A DNA stretch of 64,000 nt, from assembly GCA_965220345.1 (NCBI GenBank), contig OZ244822.1, positions 1,865,245-1,929,244 of the forward strand. The letters are read 5' to 3'. The notes beneath the pieces were generated by a model, which was given only the letters and a program-made list of their open reading frames with translations, ran no database searches and was not told where the DNA came from. This DNA is from Candidatus Aldehydirespirator sp. (lineage in GTDB: Bacteria; Actinomycetota; Acidimicrobiia; Acidimicrobiales; Aldehydirespiratoraceae). Made by a program: the position numbers and the translations under genes. Below, one piece after another: positions 28,384-38,273 of the stretch (position 1 is the stretch's first letter; each line of letters begins with the position of its first letter).

Positions 28384-31300
28384 ATGCGATCAGACCTCGC
28401 CGCTGTTGTCGTGAGGGTCCGTTTCCGCTTCGGTGACAGCGAGCAGATCGTGGAGATCCGCTCGCGCTTCGATGGTTACACGGTGGCAGACCTAGCTGAA
28501 GCACTGAGCAGCCAGGCACTAAATAGCCAGGCAAAGAGCAGTCAGGTAACGGGCAGCCAGGCAACCAGAACACAACCTCATCGCACCCCGGCGGCCTCTG
28601 GCACTGCTGGGCAGTCTCAGGACGCTCAGCCAGCTGGTTGTGCAACCGAAAGCGAGAAAGGTTTGGGCTTATACATCGACGGTCGCTGGTATCACCCTGA
28701 AACCCCTCTGGCATCGGCACCGATCTGGGAGGGGACGCTGCTCGAATCCGCTGTGAGCAATAAGCAGTCATCATCACGAGCATCGAAGTCCCCGCAAACA
28801 GCTCAGTCCTCGCAGTCATCTGGTAACCCCAGAGACTCTGGCAAACCCAAAGACTCTGCCTATGCAGCAGCAGGCACAGCAGACGGCTCTGCTCAGGCCA
28901 GAGCTCGGCCGGTAGTGACGGCCGGGCTACAGGCTGGCACCCGAGTCGCTTTTCGGACTGCCGGTTCTCAGGCAGCCGCTTCTCGTGCGACTGGCTCAAA
29001 GACAAACAGCTCTCAGATGAACGGCTTGCAGTCATCACAAAGATGGCTTATCGGGCGTTCAAGCGACTGTGACCTAGTGCTCACTGATGCCACAGTCTCT
29101 CGACATCATGCCCAAGTGGAGATCGATCCTGCCAACAAAAGGCCGACAGTCACAGATCTCGGATCACGCAACGGCACGGTCTTGAACGGCCGCAGAGTGA
29201 CCGGGCCGAGCCGTATCCCAGCGGGTGCCACACTGCGGCTCGGCGCGACCTGTTTGCAGTGGCGGGCGATCCCCGCTGACGCGCCAGCGGGCGTGCAGGC
29301 GGGACTCGGTGCCAGAGCCGGACGGATCCCCTTCAACCGACCCCCGAGGCGCAGGCCGCCGACCGTAGCCACCCCGCTGAGCGTGCCAGCGGGCCCTCCA
29401 GCCCACCCCGAGGCCGAGCCACTTTCGTGGGCCGGGATTCTGCTGCCTGCAATAGCCGGGCTGGCGCTGGCTGTGGTGTGGAGCCCGTTCATGGCCGTGT
29501 TCGCAGTTTTAGGTCCGTTGATCACTGTCGGGACTTGGCTAGAGCGCCGCCGCCGAGCAGCTCGCTCACACGACCGTGTCTGCAGCGAGGTAACTCGCAG
29601 GGTTCAAGACTTCATCGCCAGACTTCCAGAAGCACAGGCCGCTGAACGTCGCCGACGACTCGCAGTAGTCCCTGATCTAGCCGAACTGGTACGACGAGCC
29701 GAGATGCCGTCACAACGCTGCTGGGAGCGTCGCCTCGGTGACCCTGACGCGATGCGCCTCGGTGTCGGCACTGCCTGCGTGCCCTATACGCCGCTGCTTG
29801 AAGTGATAGACGGAGAACTGGCTGCGCCCGAAGCTCAGCAAGCACTTGCAGGGCTTGAGCCCCTAGCGGATGTGCCGATAGCAGTGTCATTGCAGCCCGG
29901 CGAGGTGGTAGGGGTGGTCGGCTCGCTGCCAGCGGCTCGTGCCGTGGCCCGCAGTTTGGTGTTGCAGGCAGCGGTATTGCACGGCCCCGCAGACCTGGCT
30001 ATAGCAGGCTTAGCCCCCAACCTCGCCGATGAAACCGATCAAACCGATGAAGCAGAATGGGCATGGCTGCGTTGGTTGCCTCACACCACTGACATCTCCG
30101 CCGAGCCAGGAGCTTTAGTAGCCACCGCGCCGGGAGAAACAGCTTCGGCAGCTGAAGCGGCCGCAGCAAGCCTAGAAGAGCGTGCTTTGCTGGCTGTCAT
30201 TGATGGTGCCGAAACTTTAACCGGTCGCGCCGCGCCAGGTCGGATGCTTCTAGCTCTGAAGCACTGCTCCGGGATTGTGATAACTGATGACATCTGCGAG
30301 TTGCCATCAAGTTGCACCACCATTGTGCGCATTGATCACGGCGCAGGTCGGCTCAAGCTGGTGGATCCTCGTACTTCAGCGGTCAGCAGCCCCATGGTGG
30401 GATGGGGGGTTACTGCCGATACCGCCTGTGCTACAGCGGCTCGACTCGCTCGCCTAGATGACCCAGAACTGCACTCGGCACCGTCATGCCTGCCCGACTT
30501 GATGCCGCTGCTGGAACTGCTGGGAATTGATCTCAACCCTGAAACAGTTGAGCGCCGCTGGGCGGAGGTACGCGGCACAGATCAGCTGAAGGTACCGCTG
30601 GGTGTCACCAGCGAGGGACCTCTTGTGCTTGATCTAGTAGCCGACGGACCTCATCTCTTGATCGGTGGTACCACCGGTTCGGGCAAGTCCGAACTGTTGC
30701 GGTCGATGGTGGCTGGCTTAGCGCTTTCGGCTGATCCTGATCATCTGGCGTTCGTTCTGATCGACTACAAGGGTGGTGCCGCTTTTGACCGCTGCGCGGA
30801 AATGCCTCATGTAGCCGGAATGGTCACCGACCTCGACGACCGCCTAGCCGAGCGAGCGCTGCTGTGCCTAGAAGCTGAGCTGAAGCATCGCGAAGAGCGC
30901 TTGCGAGCTGTCGGCGCTGAGAATCTGGCGGCGTTTCGTGCCCAAAGCTCAAGCCGTGATGATCCACTGCCGCGGCTGGTTGTGGTAGTTGACGAGTTCG
31001 CCACGCTGGCCGCTGAACTGCCAGAGTTTCTGAGTTCGCTGGTCGGGATCGCTCAGCGGGGCCGCAGTCTCGGCGTGCATATGGTGCTGGCCACTCAACG
31101 ACCCGCCGGAGTAGTGACCGATGACATCCGAGCTAATACCTCATGTCGTATTGCTTTGCGAGTAACAGACCGGCACGACTCCAACGACGTGATCGACTCT
31201 CCCGACGCGGCACGCATTCCTAGGCAGCGTCCAGGTCGAGCCATGGCGCGTTTTGGGCCTGATGAGCTGATTACGTTCCAGTCAGCGCTGGTTAGCAGCA

Positions 31301-32979
31301 GCACTCGGCGTGTCTCTAACACTCTGCGAGTCGAGCCGTATGTGCCGTTCGGGTCCGCTGCCAGCGATGACACCACCACCGGATACTCCAGCGGCGGTCA
31401 GCAAAGCGATCTCGATTTGTTGGTGGAAGCCGTGCATCAAGCTCATCAAGGCAAAAAGCCGCGGTCGCCGTGGCCAGCGCCTCTTCCTAGCGACATCAGC
31501 ATTAACGATCTGGCTAGCACAGTGTCTGCGAGCGATGCCGCGGCTTGGCTGGTGGACGACCCAGCGCATCAACGACAGTTCGCAAGCGGCTGGCATCCCA
31601 GTGAAGGTCATCTTGTGGTGATCGGCGGCCCAGCATCAGGCACCACCACAACTCTGGCGACTGTTGCGCTCGACATTTGCCGGATGCACAGCCCCGACGA
31701 ACTGCACGTATATGTGATCGACTTGGACTCCGGCGGGCTGTCGGCACTCGAGAAACTGCCGCATGTAGGGGCTGTGGTAGCGCCAACGCAAAACGAGCGA
31801 CGCAGCAGGCTGCTACGGCTGCTTGACGACGAGATAAGCGCCCGCCGATCTGACAGTGACTCGGGGCACTCAACCGATGTAGTGCTGCTGGTGGATGACC
31901 TAGCAGGCCTAGTGCGTGCCCATGACCCGGTGCGTGAACCAGCACCCCATGATCATTTCACGCGTATCTGGGCGGACGGTCCAGCAGTGGGAGTAACGGT
32001 TGCTGTGAGCATCGGCCGCGCTGGCGATCTTCCTGCAGAGCTAGCCGCGTCAGCCGGTGTAGTGGTAGTGCATGCCACTTCTGATGCCACCGACGGTATG
32101 CGTTTCGGGCTCAAACAGCCGACCGCTGATCTTGTGACAGGCCGGGCCGTGGTCGTGGGCGAGAACTTAGAAGTGCAGCTGGCGCGCCCTGTGGACGGTG
32201 ATCTGGCTGCGGCGGTGGCTGCATCAGCCGAGCAGGCACCACCAACAAGGCAGGGGCCGGTGCCGGTGGGCTCGCTACCGCAGGTCATTAGCGCATCTGA
32301 GTTGCCGGTGAGCGCTGCCGTTGATGAACGATGTCTTCGGATTCGTTTCGCAATGAGTGACCTTGATCTTTCGGTGGCTGGTCTGACGCTTCACGACGGT
32401 GAACATGCTTTGGTGCTGGGGCCAGCGCGCACTGGGCGCACCACAGCGTTGGCGGCGATGGGTGCTGCTGCGGTAAGTGCCGGGGTGCCAGTGACGGTGG
32501 TGGGCGAGTCTCCCAGCGAAGTAGCTGCCATGCTCGGGTTAGAAACTGTGCCGACTGACAGACTCACTGAAATCATCAGCATCAGCGACGACGTAAATAA
32601 CGACGGCATCAATAACGATGGCATAAATAGCATAAATAAGGGAGACCATGTGCGGCATCTGCTGCTGGTGGATGACGCAGAGAAAGTCGCTGACCCCACG
32701 GGATTGCTAGCTCATACGGCGGCTGCCGGGAGCGGGCACCTTCATCTGGTGGCAGCCACGACCGCTGACCGGCTTCGCAACTGTTACGGAACCTGGCTGC
32801 ATGAGATGCGGGCATGTCGCACTGGTGTGTTGTTCCGTCCCGGACCGCTTGACGCTGACCTGTTGGGAGCGAACATTTCGCCGCGCCTGACCACCGCGGC
32901 AGTGCCGGGACGATGCCTTGTGATCGCTGACGGAAATGCTGCCGTAATGCAGATCGCGCATCTAGCGTCTGACGATTAG
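28384..32979 (+). CDS. FHA-domain-containing FtsK/SpoIIIE-family ATPase, type VII secretion EccC/EssC-like (1531 aa)
   Basis: FHA domain at aa 221-292 (WLIGRSSDCDLVL...SRHHAQV...GSRNGTVLNG). Two TM helices at aa ~347-386. Three P-loop domains: GGTTGSGKS with VVVDEFA, then degenerate GGPASGTTT and GPARTGRTT. The N-terminal 220 aa are S/Q-rich with possible beta-grasp segments. Confidence 0.9.
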   Translation: MRSDLAAVVVRVRFRFGDSEQIVEIRSRFDGYTVADLAEALSSQALNSQAKSSQVTGSQATRTQPHRTPAASGTAGQSQDAQPAGCATESEKGLGLYIDGRWYHPETPLASAPIWEGTLLESAVSNKQSSSRASKSPQTAQSSQSSGNPRDSGKPKDSAYAAAGTADGSAQARARPVVTAGLQAGTRVAFRTAGSQAAASRATGSKTNSSQMNGLQSSQRWLIGRSSDCDLVLTDATVSRHHAQVEIDPANKRPTVTDLGSRNGTVLNGRRVTGPSRIPAGATLRLGATCLQWRAIPADAPAGVQAGLGARAGRIPFNRPPRRRPPTVATPLSVPAGPPAHPEAEPLSWAGILLPAIAGLALAVVWSPFMAVFAVLGPLITVGTWLERRRRAARSHDRVCSEVTRRVQDFIARLPEAQAAERRRRLAVVPDLAELVRRAEMPSQRCWERRLGDPDAMRLGVGTACVPYTPLLEVIDGELAAPEAQQALAGLEPLADVPIAVSLQPGEVVGVVGSLPAARAVARSLVLQAAVLHGPADLAIAGLAPNLADETDQTDEAEWAWLRWLPHTTDISAEPGALVATAPGETASAAEAAAASLEERALLAVIDGAETLTGRAAPGRMLLALKHCSGIVITDDICELPSSCTTIVRIDHGAGRLKLVDPRTSAVSSPMVGWGVTADTACATAARLARLDDPELHSAPSCLPDLMPLLELLGIDLNPETVERRWAEVRGTDQLKVPLGVTSEGPLVLDLVADGPHLLIGGTTGSGKSELLRSMVAGLALSADPDHLAFVLIDYKGGAAFDRCAEMPHVAGMVTDLDDRLAERALLCLEAELKHREERLRAVGAENLAAFRAQSSSRDDPLPRLVVVVDEFATLAAELPEFLSSLVGIAQRGRSLGVHMVLATQRPAGVVTDDIRANTSCRIALRVTDRHDSNDVIDSPDAARIPRQRPGRAMARFGPDELITFQSALVSSSTRRVSNTLRVEPYVPFGSAASDDTTTGYSSGGQQSDLDLLVEAVHQAHQGKKPRSPWPAPLPSDISINDLASTVSASDAAAWLVDDPAHQRQFASGWHPSEGHLVVIGGPASGTTTTLATVALDICRMHSPDELHVYVIDLDSGGLSALEKLPHVGAVVAPTQNERRSRLLRLLDDEISARRSDSDSGHSTDVVLLVDDLAGLVRAHDPVREPAPHDHFTRIWADGPAVGVTVAVSIGRAGDLPAELAASAGVVVVHATSDATDGMRFGLKQPTADLVTGRAVVVGENLEVQLARPVDGDLAAAVAASAEQAPPTRQGPVPVGSLPQVISASELPVSAAVDERCLRIRFAMSDLDLSVAGLTLHDGEHALVLGPARTGRTTALAAMGAAAVSAGVPVTVVGESPSEVAAMLGLETVPTDRLTEIISISDDVNNDGINNDGINSINKGDHVRHLLLVDDAEKVADPTGLLAHTAAAGSGHLHLVAATTADRLRNCYGTWLHEMRACRTGVLFRPGPLDADLLGANISPRLTTAAVPGRCLVIADGNAAVMQIAHLASDD

Positions 32980-33095
32980 CTCCTGCTGAGAGCACCGCTG
33001 TGGCAAACGCAGCGTCTCTTGCCTAACGTTCTCACAAAGCCCGTTCGGCTAGACCCTTCAGTTATCCCAAACACCCCAAATCTTCAGGAGCACCG

Positions 33096-33890
33096 TTGCC
33101 GCATCCCAATATCCACATTGCACATGCCGATGACATCACAACTGTCACCATTGACTACCCACGGCGCAAGAATGCTTGCACAGCAGAGATGTTCGCAGCA
33201 CTGCGAGACGCTTTCCGTGACATTGCCGCTGCACCGACTCGGGTGGTGGTGCTCACAGGCGCAGGCGGCGATTTTTGTGCTGGTGCAGACGTGGGTCCCA
33301 CAGACACAGAGCAGACCGAAGAGCCGCAGCATCAGCGCCACAGGGTTGATTACATGCGTGACATCGCTGACACGGTGATGGCAATACACGACTGCCCTCG
33401 ACCTGTGATCGCCAAAGTGGATGGAGTGGCCGTGGGTGCTGGTTTCGGTATCGCCTTAGCAGCAGATCTGATCTGGTGCTCGTCACGGGCGCGGTTCTCA
33501 CTCATTTTCGCCAAGCGCGGCCTGAGCCTGGATTTCGGGACTTCATGGCTTCTTCCCAAGAGGATCGGACTGCATGAAGCCAAGCGCCTGGCTCTGACCG
33601 GTGAGATCATTAACGCAGACCGAGCAGCAGAACTCGGTTTCGTCAACGCGGTAGTCGACTCTGATGAACTTGACACTGCTGTGGCTGAGATAGCCGATCA
33701 GATCGCAGCTGGCCCGCCCATAGCGTTGGCAAGCACAAAGCGGCTGCTGAATAACGCTGCTGGCATTTCGTTATTCGGAGCGCTTGAAGCTGAAGGCCTT
33801 AGTCAGGCATTGAACTTCTCGACCGCCGACACTACAGAGGCCATGCTTGCTTTCGTGGAGAAACGAGACCCCGCATTCAAGGGCTCCTGA
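33096..33890 (+). CDS. enoyl-CoA hydratase/isomerase (crotonase) family protein
   Basis: Crotonase motifs VVVLTGAGGDFCAGADV and GVAVGAGFGIALAADL. TTG start with CAGGAGC upstream. Confidence 0.85.
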   Translation: MPHPNIHIAHADDITTVTIDYPRRKNACTAEMFAALRDAFRDIAAAPTRVVVLTGAGGDFCAGADVGPTDTEQTEEPQHQRHRVDYMRDIADTVMAIHDCPRPVIAKVDGVAVGAGFGIALAADLIWCSSRARFSLIFAKRGLSLDFGTSWLLPKRIGLHEAKRLALTGEIINADRAAELGFVNAVVDSDELDTAVAEIADQIAAGPPIALASTKRLLNNAAGISLFGALEAEGLSQALNFSTADTTEAMLAFVEKRDPAFKGS

Positions 33891-33914
33891 GTTTTAAGGG
33901 CTCCTGAAGGTCAA

Positions 33915-33951
33915 GGACTTCTGGACCAGCACCGGGCCAGCCCAGAAGTCC
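33915..33951. terminator. hairpin between convergent genes (10-bp stem, 17-nt loop)
   Basis: ggacttctgg ... ccagaagtcc. Confidence 0.4.
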
Positions 33952-33970
33952 CTTCCCTTTGGCTGGGCAG

Positions 33971-35218
33971 CTACTGAAGTATGCCGATGTCGCCTTCGGT
34001 GATGCCCAACTCTGCCCATGACGGTTCCAGCGCCGCACGCACCGCGTCGCCGAAACCGTTGACACCCGGGGGATTAGACAGATCAAAAATCGCGTTCATA
34101 GCTTCAGCATCGGCACCGACAGGAACCAGGTAGGCCTCGACAACCCGCCAGAACGCCAAGCCTTCAGCCTGATGTTCTTTGGCTTTTGCGTCGTTGCCGT
34201 CGGCTAGGTCACCTTCAATGAGGCTGGCGTAACGGATCGCAGCTTGTGAATAGGTGATCGCCACGTTGCGCAGCGCCTGATCTGCTGCGTCCGCGGCAGC
34301 GGCAGCGTCAGAGTCAAGCAGTGCATCACGGCCTGCGATCATGGCAGCCAGAATTGCTTCGTTGGCCAGCGCAGTCTCGCCGTCGCTGCCGGTGGTTGCG
34401 AAGTTAGCGGCACGTTTGTTAGCAGTGGCGTAAGGAGCGCAACCTGGCTCGATGCCGTGATAGAAAGCCCACGCCTCGTCCCAGTTATGCACAGCGCCGC
34501 TGTCTACGTTGAAATCTCCGTTGGATGCCTTGTCAAGAGCTGTGTTCAGCTCGTGAACTACCCAGGCCACCATCACTTGGTTCTGGATGCCCTTTTCGGT
34601 GCCCTGGGCACGCACCGCGTTGCTTTGCCCAGCGAAAATGCCGGTGCCTTCGAGCGCGTTTGTGACGAACTCATCAAGCACTCCCGGTGTGCCGTAGTAA
34701 GCATCAAGGCCGTGTTGGCGGTCGTCTCGGCTAGCGAACCCGGCGATGGTACGGATTGAGCCGTCGCTGTTGACCGAGTTCCCGCCGTTGCGGTAGATGT
34801 CAGCAACGGCCTGGAAGTCGGCTGCGTCAAGCAGGTCGCCTATACCGCAAATGTCGGCAACCACGCGTCGATGCGCGTCTACATTGGAGGCGTATTCGTA
34901 GCCGCCATCAGCGCCGTGATCTGTCGAAGCCTCTTCTGTGCCTGAAGCACTAGCCGAAGCAGTCGCAGAACCCGGTGTGGACGCTGAAGCCGAGGCCGAT
35001 CCCGATGCAGATCCCGAGGCCGAAGCCGATGCAGATCCTGAGGCTGAGCCGCTTGCAGATGCCGAGATTGACTCCGAGCCAGAGTTGAGCGCTCGGACTT
35101 CGGCACCATCGTCATCACTGCTGCAACTCGCAATGACTATCGCCAAAGCTACAACAGCGACTAAAGCAGTGGTCACCGCCAGACGGTTGCGCCGACTGTG
35201 GGCAAAGAAGCGTTTCAT
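33971..35218 (-). CDS. secreted lipoprotein of unknown function
   Basis: Signal LAIVIASC|SSDDD, then a long (S-A-S-G)n repeat, then a ~300-aa globular region. No family recognised. Confidence 0.6.
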   Translation of the reverse strand: MKRFFAHSRRNRLAVTTALVAVVALAIVIASCSSDDDGAEVRALNSGSESISASASGSASGSASASASGSASGSASASASTPGSATASASASGTEEASTDHGADGGYEYASNVDAHRRVVADICGIGDLLDAADFQAVADIYRNGGNSVNSDGSIRTIAGFASRDDRQHGLDAYYGTPGVLDEFVTNALEGTGIFAGQSNAVRAQGTEKGIQNQVMVAWVVHELNTALDKASNGDFNVDSGAVHNWDEAWAFYHGIEPGCAPYATANKRAANFATTGSDGETALANEAILAAMIAGRDALLDSDAAAAADAADQALRNVAITYSQAAIRYASLIEGDLADGNDAKAKEHQAEGLAFWRVVEAYLVPVGADAEAMNAIFDLSNPPGVNGFGDAVRAALEPSWAELGITEGDIGILQ

Positions 35219-35288
35219 TCAGAATCCTTTCGTTTACTCCCAGCAGGTCAGCCATATTTTGGATAACCCTTACCTAAGAACTTATGAT

Positions 35289-35300
35289 AAGTATACCTAA
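35289..35300. promoter_or_regulatory. diverged copy of the TTAGGTATACC motif upstream of the lipoprotein gene
   Basis: Reverse strand reads gTTAGGTATACtt. A second TTAGGTAagg lies 21 nt away (reverse of cccttacctaag at about 35267-35278). Confidence 0.4.
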
Positions 35301-35342
35301 CACAACTAGCGGCTGTGGGCAACCTGCACTTTGATTTCATGA

Positions 35343-37073
35343 TCATGTGGCTGAGTTGAGCTGCCGATACACCGCAGGCACAACGTTTCGCAGGTAGCAG
35401 CCCAATTTCACGAAGCTATGTCCAGTGGTGCGGAAGCTGTAACTGATGGGAACCTCTGCGTAGCGATACCCCTTAGCCAGCAGATCAAGGGTCAGCACTT
35501 GTGCATAGTTGTAGTCGTGGATGATTACAGCGTTAGCGGCAGCACTCAGCGAAAAAGCGCGATAACCCGACTGCCCGTCGCTGATGCGGTGACGTGCCAC
35601 CAGCGACAGCAACCGAGTGAGGATCAGATTCCCGAGGCGGCGATGCGGCCGCATGTGACGGATCTCGCCAATGAAGCGACTGCCCACCACATAGTCGGCC
35701 TGACCCGCGAGTATCGGTTCGATCAGGGTCTGCAGCTCTTCGGGAGGGTATTCACCGTCGGCATCACAGAAAGCCACCGCAACAGCCTTGCGTTCGACAC
35801 CCGCTGCCAGCCCTACCCTCACTGCGGCTCCCAGCCCACGATTGCAATCCAAGCTAATCACCTCGGCACCTGCTGACTTGGCCTGTGCAGCAGTGTCATC
35901 AACTGAGCCGTCGTCTATCACCAGAACTTGAACCCGATGGCCTAGCAACTCAGCAGGAGCGCGTCGCACACAGCCGCCAACAGAGTCTTCTTCGTTGTGA
36001 GCTGGCATGAACAACACGACCGGCCCGTCAAGTGGCGATCTCGCAGGGTCCCAAGGCTCTCCAGTTCTCCCAGCGCTCTCTGTGCTTTCAGATGTCTGCG
36101 TCTTCGCAGACCGCTGACGCGCAAGTCGGGGACTGCTAACAGGCTTCAAACGGAGTCGGCCCGCCAAGCTGGGACTCGGAACAAGTAGCGCCACGACACC
36201 CGCTGCTAGCGAGTAGGCGGTCTTGAGGCCGTGTGCCAAAAGCGCAGCCACTAGCGCACCACCCGCGTCGTAGCCCAGAGCTGCGTAGGCACCAACCGCA
36301 GCGGCTTCATAAGTGCCGAAACCTCCTGGAGCAATCGCTGCAAGCTGTGCCGTAACCGATACCGCTGTCACCCCCAGAGCGTGCAGGTAACTGATGTCCA
36401 GACCAGCCCAATGCGCTGCTTGCCAAACCAGAACCGCTTCCGCTGGCCAAGCAGTTGCCGACAGTAGCAACGTCGTCACGTCGGGCACTCTCACCTCGCT
36501 GCGCTGCTGAGCTAGTCGTCGCAACCACAGCCAGGCCGCCACCGCCATCACGGCAAACACCGCCAGAACCAGCTGAGCACCCCAGCCAGCGAGATGCGTC
36601 AAAGCGGCTGGCACCGCCAAAAACCCCAACCCAACCACTGCTACCAGATCGACCGAACGCAACGCCACCACCGAAGCCGTCGCAGCCTCAAGGCTCACCC
36701 CAGCACGACGCACCACACTCACGACCCTCAAAGGCTCGCCGAGACGCAGCGGTAGCAAATGATTGCCGCCCAAAGCCAAATGAATCCCGCCGAGGCTCTG
36801 TGAAAAGCTCAACCCCGGCACGATCCGCTGCCAGGCCACCGCTCGCAGCACGAACGCCAGACCGAAACAGCCCAGCGCGGCAGTCACTCCAAGCGGCTGA
36901 CCTTGAGCTGTTCGCACAGCACGCTCCAGAGCCGCAGTGTCAAGACCTGCGATCACCGCTGCTGTAGCCAAGACTGTGACTCCCACCACCAGCGCCACCG
37001 CAGCACGGCGGGACAGCCGTTTCGTCAGTGTCCGCACCGAAATCGAACGCAGCCTGCGAGCTATCAAATCCAT
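35343..37073 (-). CDS. fusion protein: flippase-like (LPG-synthase-TM/UPF0104) membrane domain plus family-2 glycosyltransferase
   Basis: The N-terminal ~300 aa are polytopic. The C-terminal part has VVLFMPAHNEEDSV...VIDDGSVDDT...DADGEY, a GT2 (DPM1-like) signature. Confidence 0.75.
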   Translation of the reverse strand: MDLIARRLRSISVRTLTKRLSRRAAVALVVGVTVLATAAVIAGLDTAALERAVRTAQGQPLGVTAALGCFGLAFVLRAVAWQRIVPGLSFSQSLGGIHLALGGNHLLPLRLGEPLRVVSVVRRAGVSLEAATASVVALRSVDLVAVVGLGFLAVPAALTHLAGWGAQLVLAVFAVMAVAAWLWLRRLAQQRSEVRVPDVTTLLLSATAWPAEAVLVWQAAHWAGLDISYLHALGVTAVSVTAQLAAIAPGGFGTYEAAAVGAYAALGYDAGGALVAALLAHGLKTAYSLAAGVVALLVPSPSLAGRLRLKPVSSPRLARQRSAKTQTSESTESAGRTGEPWDPARSPLDGPVVLFMPAHNEEDSVGGCVRRAPAELLGHRVQVLVIDDGSVDDTAAQAKSAGAEVISLDCNRGLGAAVRVGLAAGVERKAVAVAFCDADGEYPPEELQTLIEPILAGQADYVVGSRFIGEIRHMRPHRRLGNLILTRLLSLVARHRISDGQSGYRAFSLSAAANAVIIHDYNYAQVLTLDLLAKGYRYAEVPISYSFRTTGHSFVKLGCYLRNVVPAVYRQLNSAT

Positions 37074-37098
37074 AACGCCACAAGAGGATAATCGAAAG

Positions 37099-37113
37099 TT
37101 AGGTATACCTTAC
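37099..37113. promoter_or_regulatory. palindromic motif TTAGGTATACCTTAC in the divergent promoter region (GT2 fusion gene / iron-binding protein gene)
   Basis: Identical 15-mer also at 42403-42417. The core AGGTATACCT is a perfect palindrome. Confidence 0.55.
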
Positions 37114-37146
37114 GATCTTCGCAAACCTCGGCTATAGTTCTGGGTT

Positions 37147-38226
37147 ATGACAGGACGAATGATTGCCTCCAAGACGATTGCTGTGACTTTGGCTCTGCTG
37201 CTAATCGCCGGGGCCTGCGGGCAGGAGGAACGCTCTCTTGACGGCATCGCAGCCGATATCTACAGCGGCAACTGTGTCTCCTCAAATGGTCGTGAGGTGA
37301 CGGTCTACTCGGGCCGCACCGAGAACTTGATCGGCCCGACACTTGAGGCGTTCGCTTGTGAGACCGGCACCGACGTAGCGGTGCGCTGGGGGAGTTCCAC
37401 CGACCTAGCGCTGTTGATGGCCGAAGAAGGTGACCGCACAGCCGCAGACGTGTTCTTGTCGCGCTCGCCTGGTCCTGTGGGATTTTTGGAAAGCGACAAC
37501 CTGCTTGGTGTCATAGATGACTCGGTGCTTGATCTGGTTGCGCCTCAGAGCCGTTCGCAGACCGGCACTTGGGTCGGTTTCTCGGGACGCAAACGGGTTC
37601 TGGTTCACAACATCGACACTGTGACCGGTGACGACTTGCCGCAGTCGGTGTTTGATCTCACCGATGACCGTTACCGAGGACGGGTAGCCATCCCAGCCAC
37701 CAACGGCTCGTTTATCGACTGGTTCACAGTGTTTCGTGATCTCTACGGCAATGAAACAGCCGAGCAATGGCTCAACGACATGGTCGACAATGACGCTCGC
37801 TTCTATCCCAACAACCGCTCAATCGTTGAGGCTGCTGGGCGCGGTGAGATCGACATGGGCCTGGTTAACCATTACTACCAGTATCAAGCTGTAGCAGCTT
37901 CTGGCGACAGTCACCGTGCCGCCAACCACGACCTCGCCGACGACGACATCGGCTCGCTGCTGATCATCACCGCGGCCACGATCACCGCTGGCAGCGACAA
38001 CCAGCAAGCAGCCAACGAGTTGATCGCTTATCTGCTTTCGGAGCCGGTGCAGCGATATTTCAGCGAACGCACCTTCGAGTATCCGCTGGCGGCTGGGGTT
38101 GAGCCAGCCGAGATCTTGCCGCCGTTGGAGGCACTCGAGATCGGCAGCGTCGACTTCGACGCTCTCGGCGGCGGTTTCGAGCAGAGCACAATCATCATCG
38201 AACGAAGCGGGATCTACAACCAGTAG
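37147..38226 (+). CDS. iron(III)-type ABC transporter substrate-binding lipoprotein (FbpA/AfuA-like)
   Basis: Signal LLLIAGAC|GQEE. VTVYSGRTENLIGP... and the overall family-1 SBP pattern. Followed by a fused-type iron permease. Confidence 0.78.
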   Translation: MTGRMIASKTIAVTLALLLIAGACGQEERSLDGIAADIYSGNCVSSNGREVTVYSGRTENLIGPTLEAFACETGTDVAVRWGSSTDLALLMAEEGDRTAADVFLSRSPGPVGFLESDNLLGVIDDSVLDLVAPQSRSQTGTWVGFSGRKRVLVHNIDTVTGDDLPQSVFDLTDDRYRGRVAIPATNGSFIDWFTVFRDLYGNETAEQWLNDMVDNDARFYPNNRSIVEAAGRGEIDMGLVNHYYQYQAVAASGDSHRAANHDLADDDIGSLLIITAATITAGSDNQQAANELIAYLLSEPVQRYFSERTFEYPLAAGVEPAEILPPLEALEIGSVDFDALGGGFEQSTIIIERSGIYNQ

Positions 38227-38273
38227 AAGTAGGCGTAGTCCCTTCGTCGGCGCTGTGCAGTATCAGGTATGAC

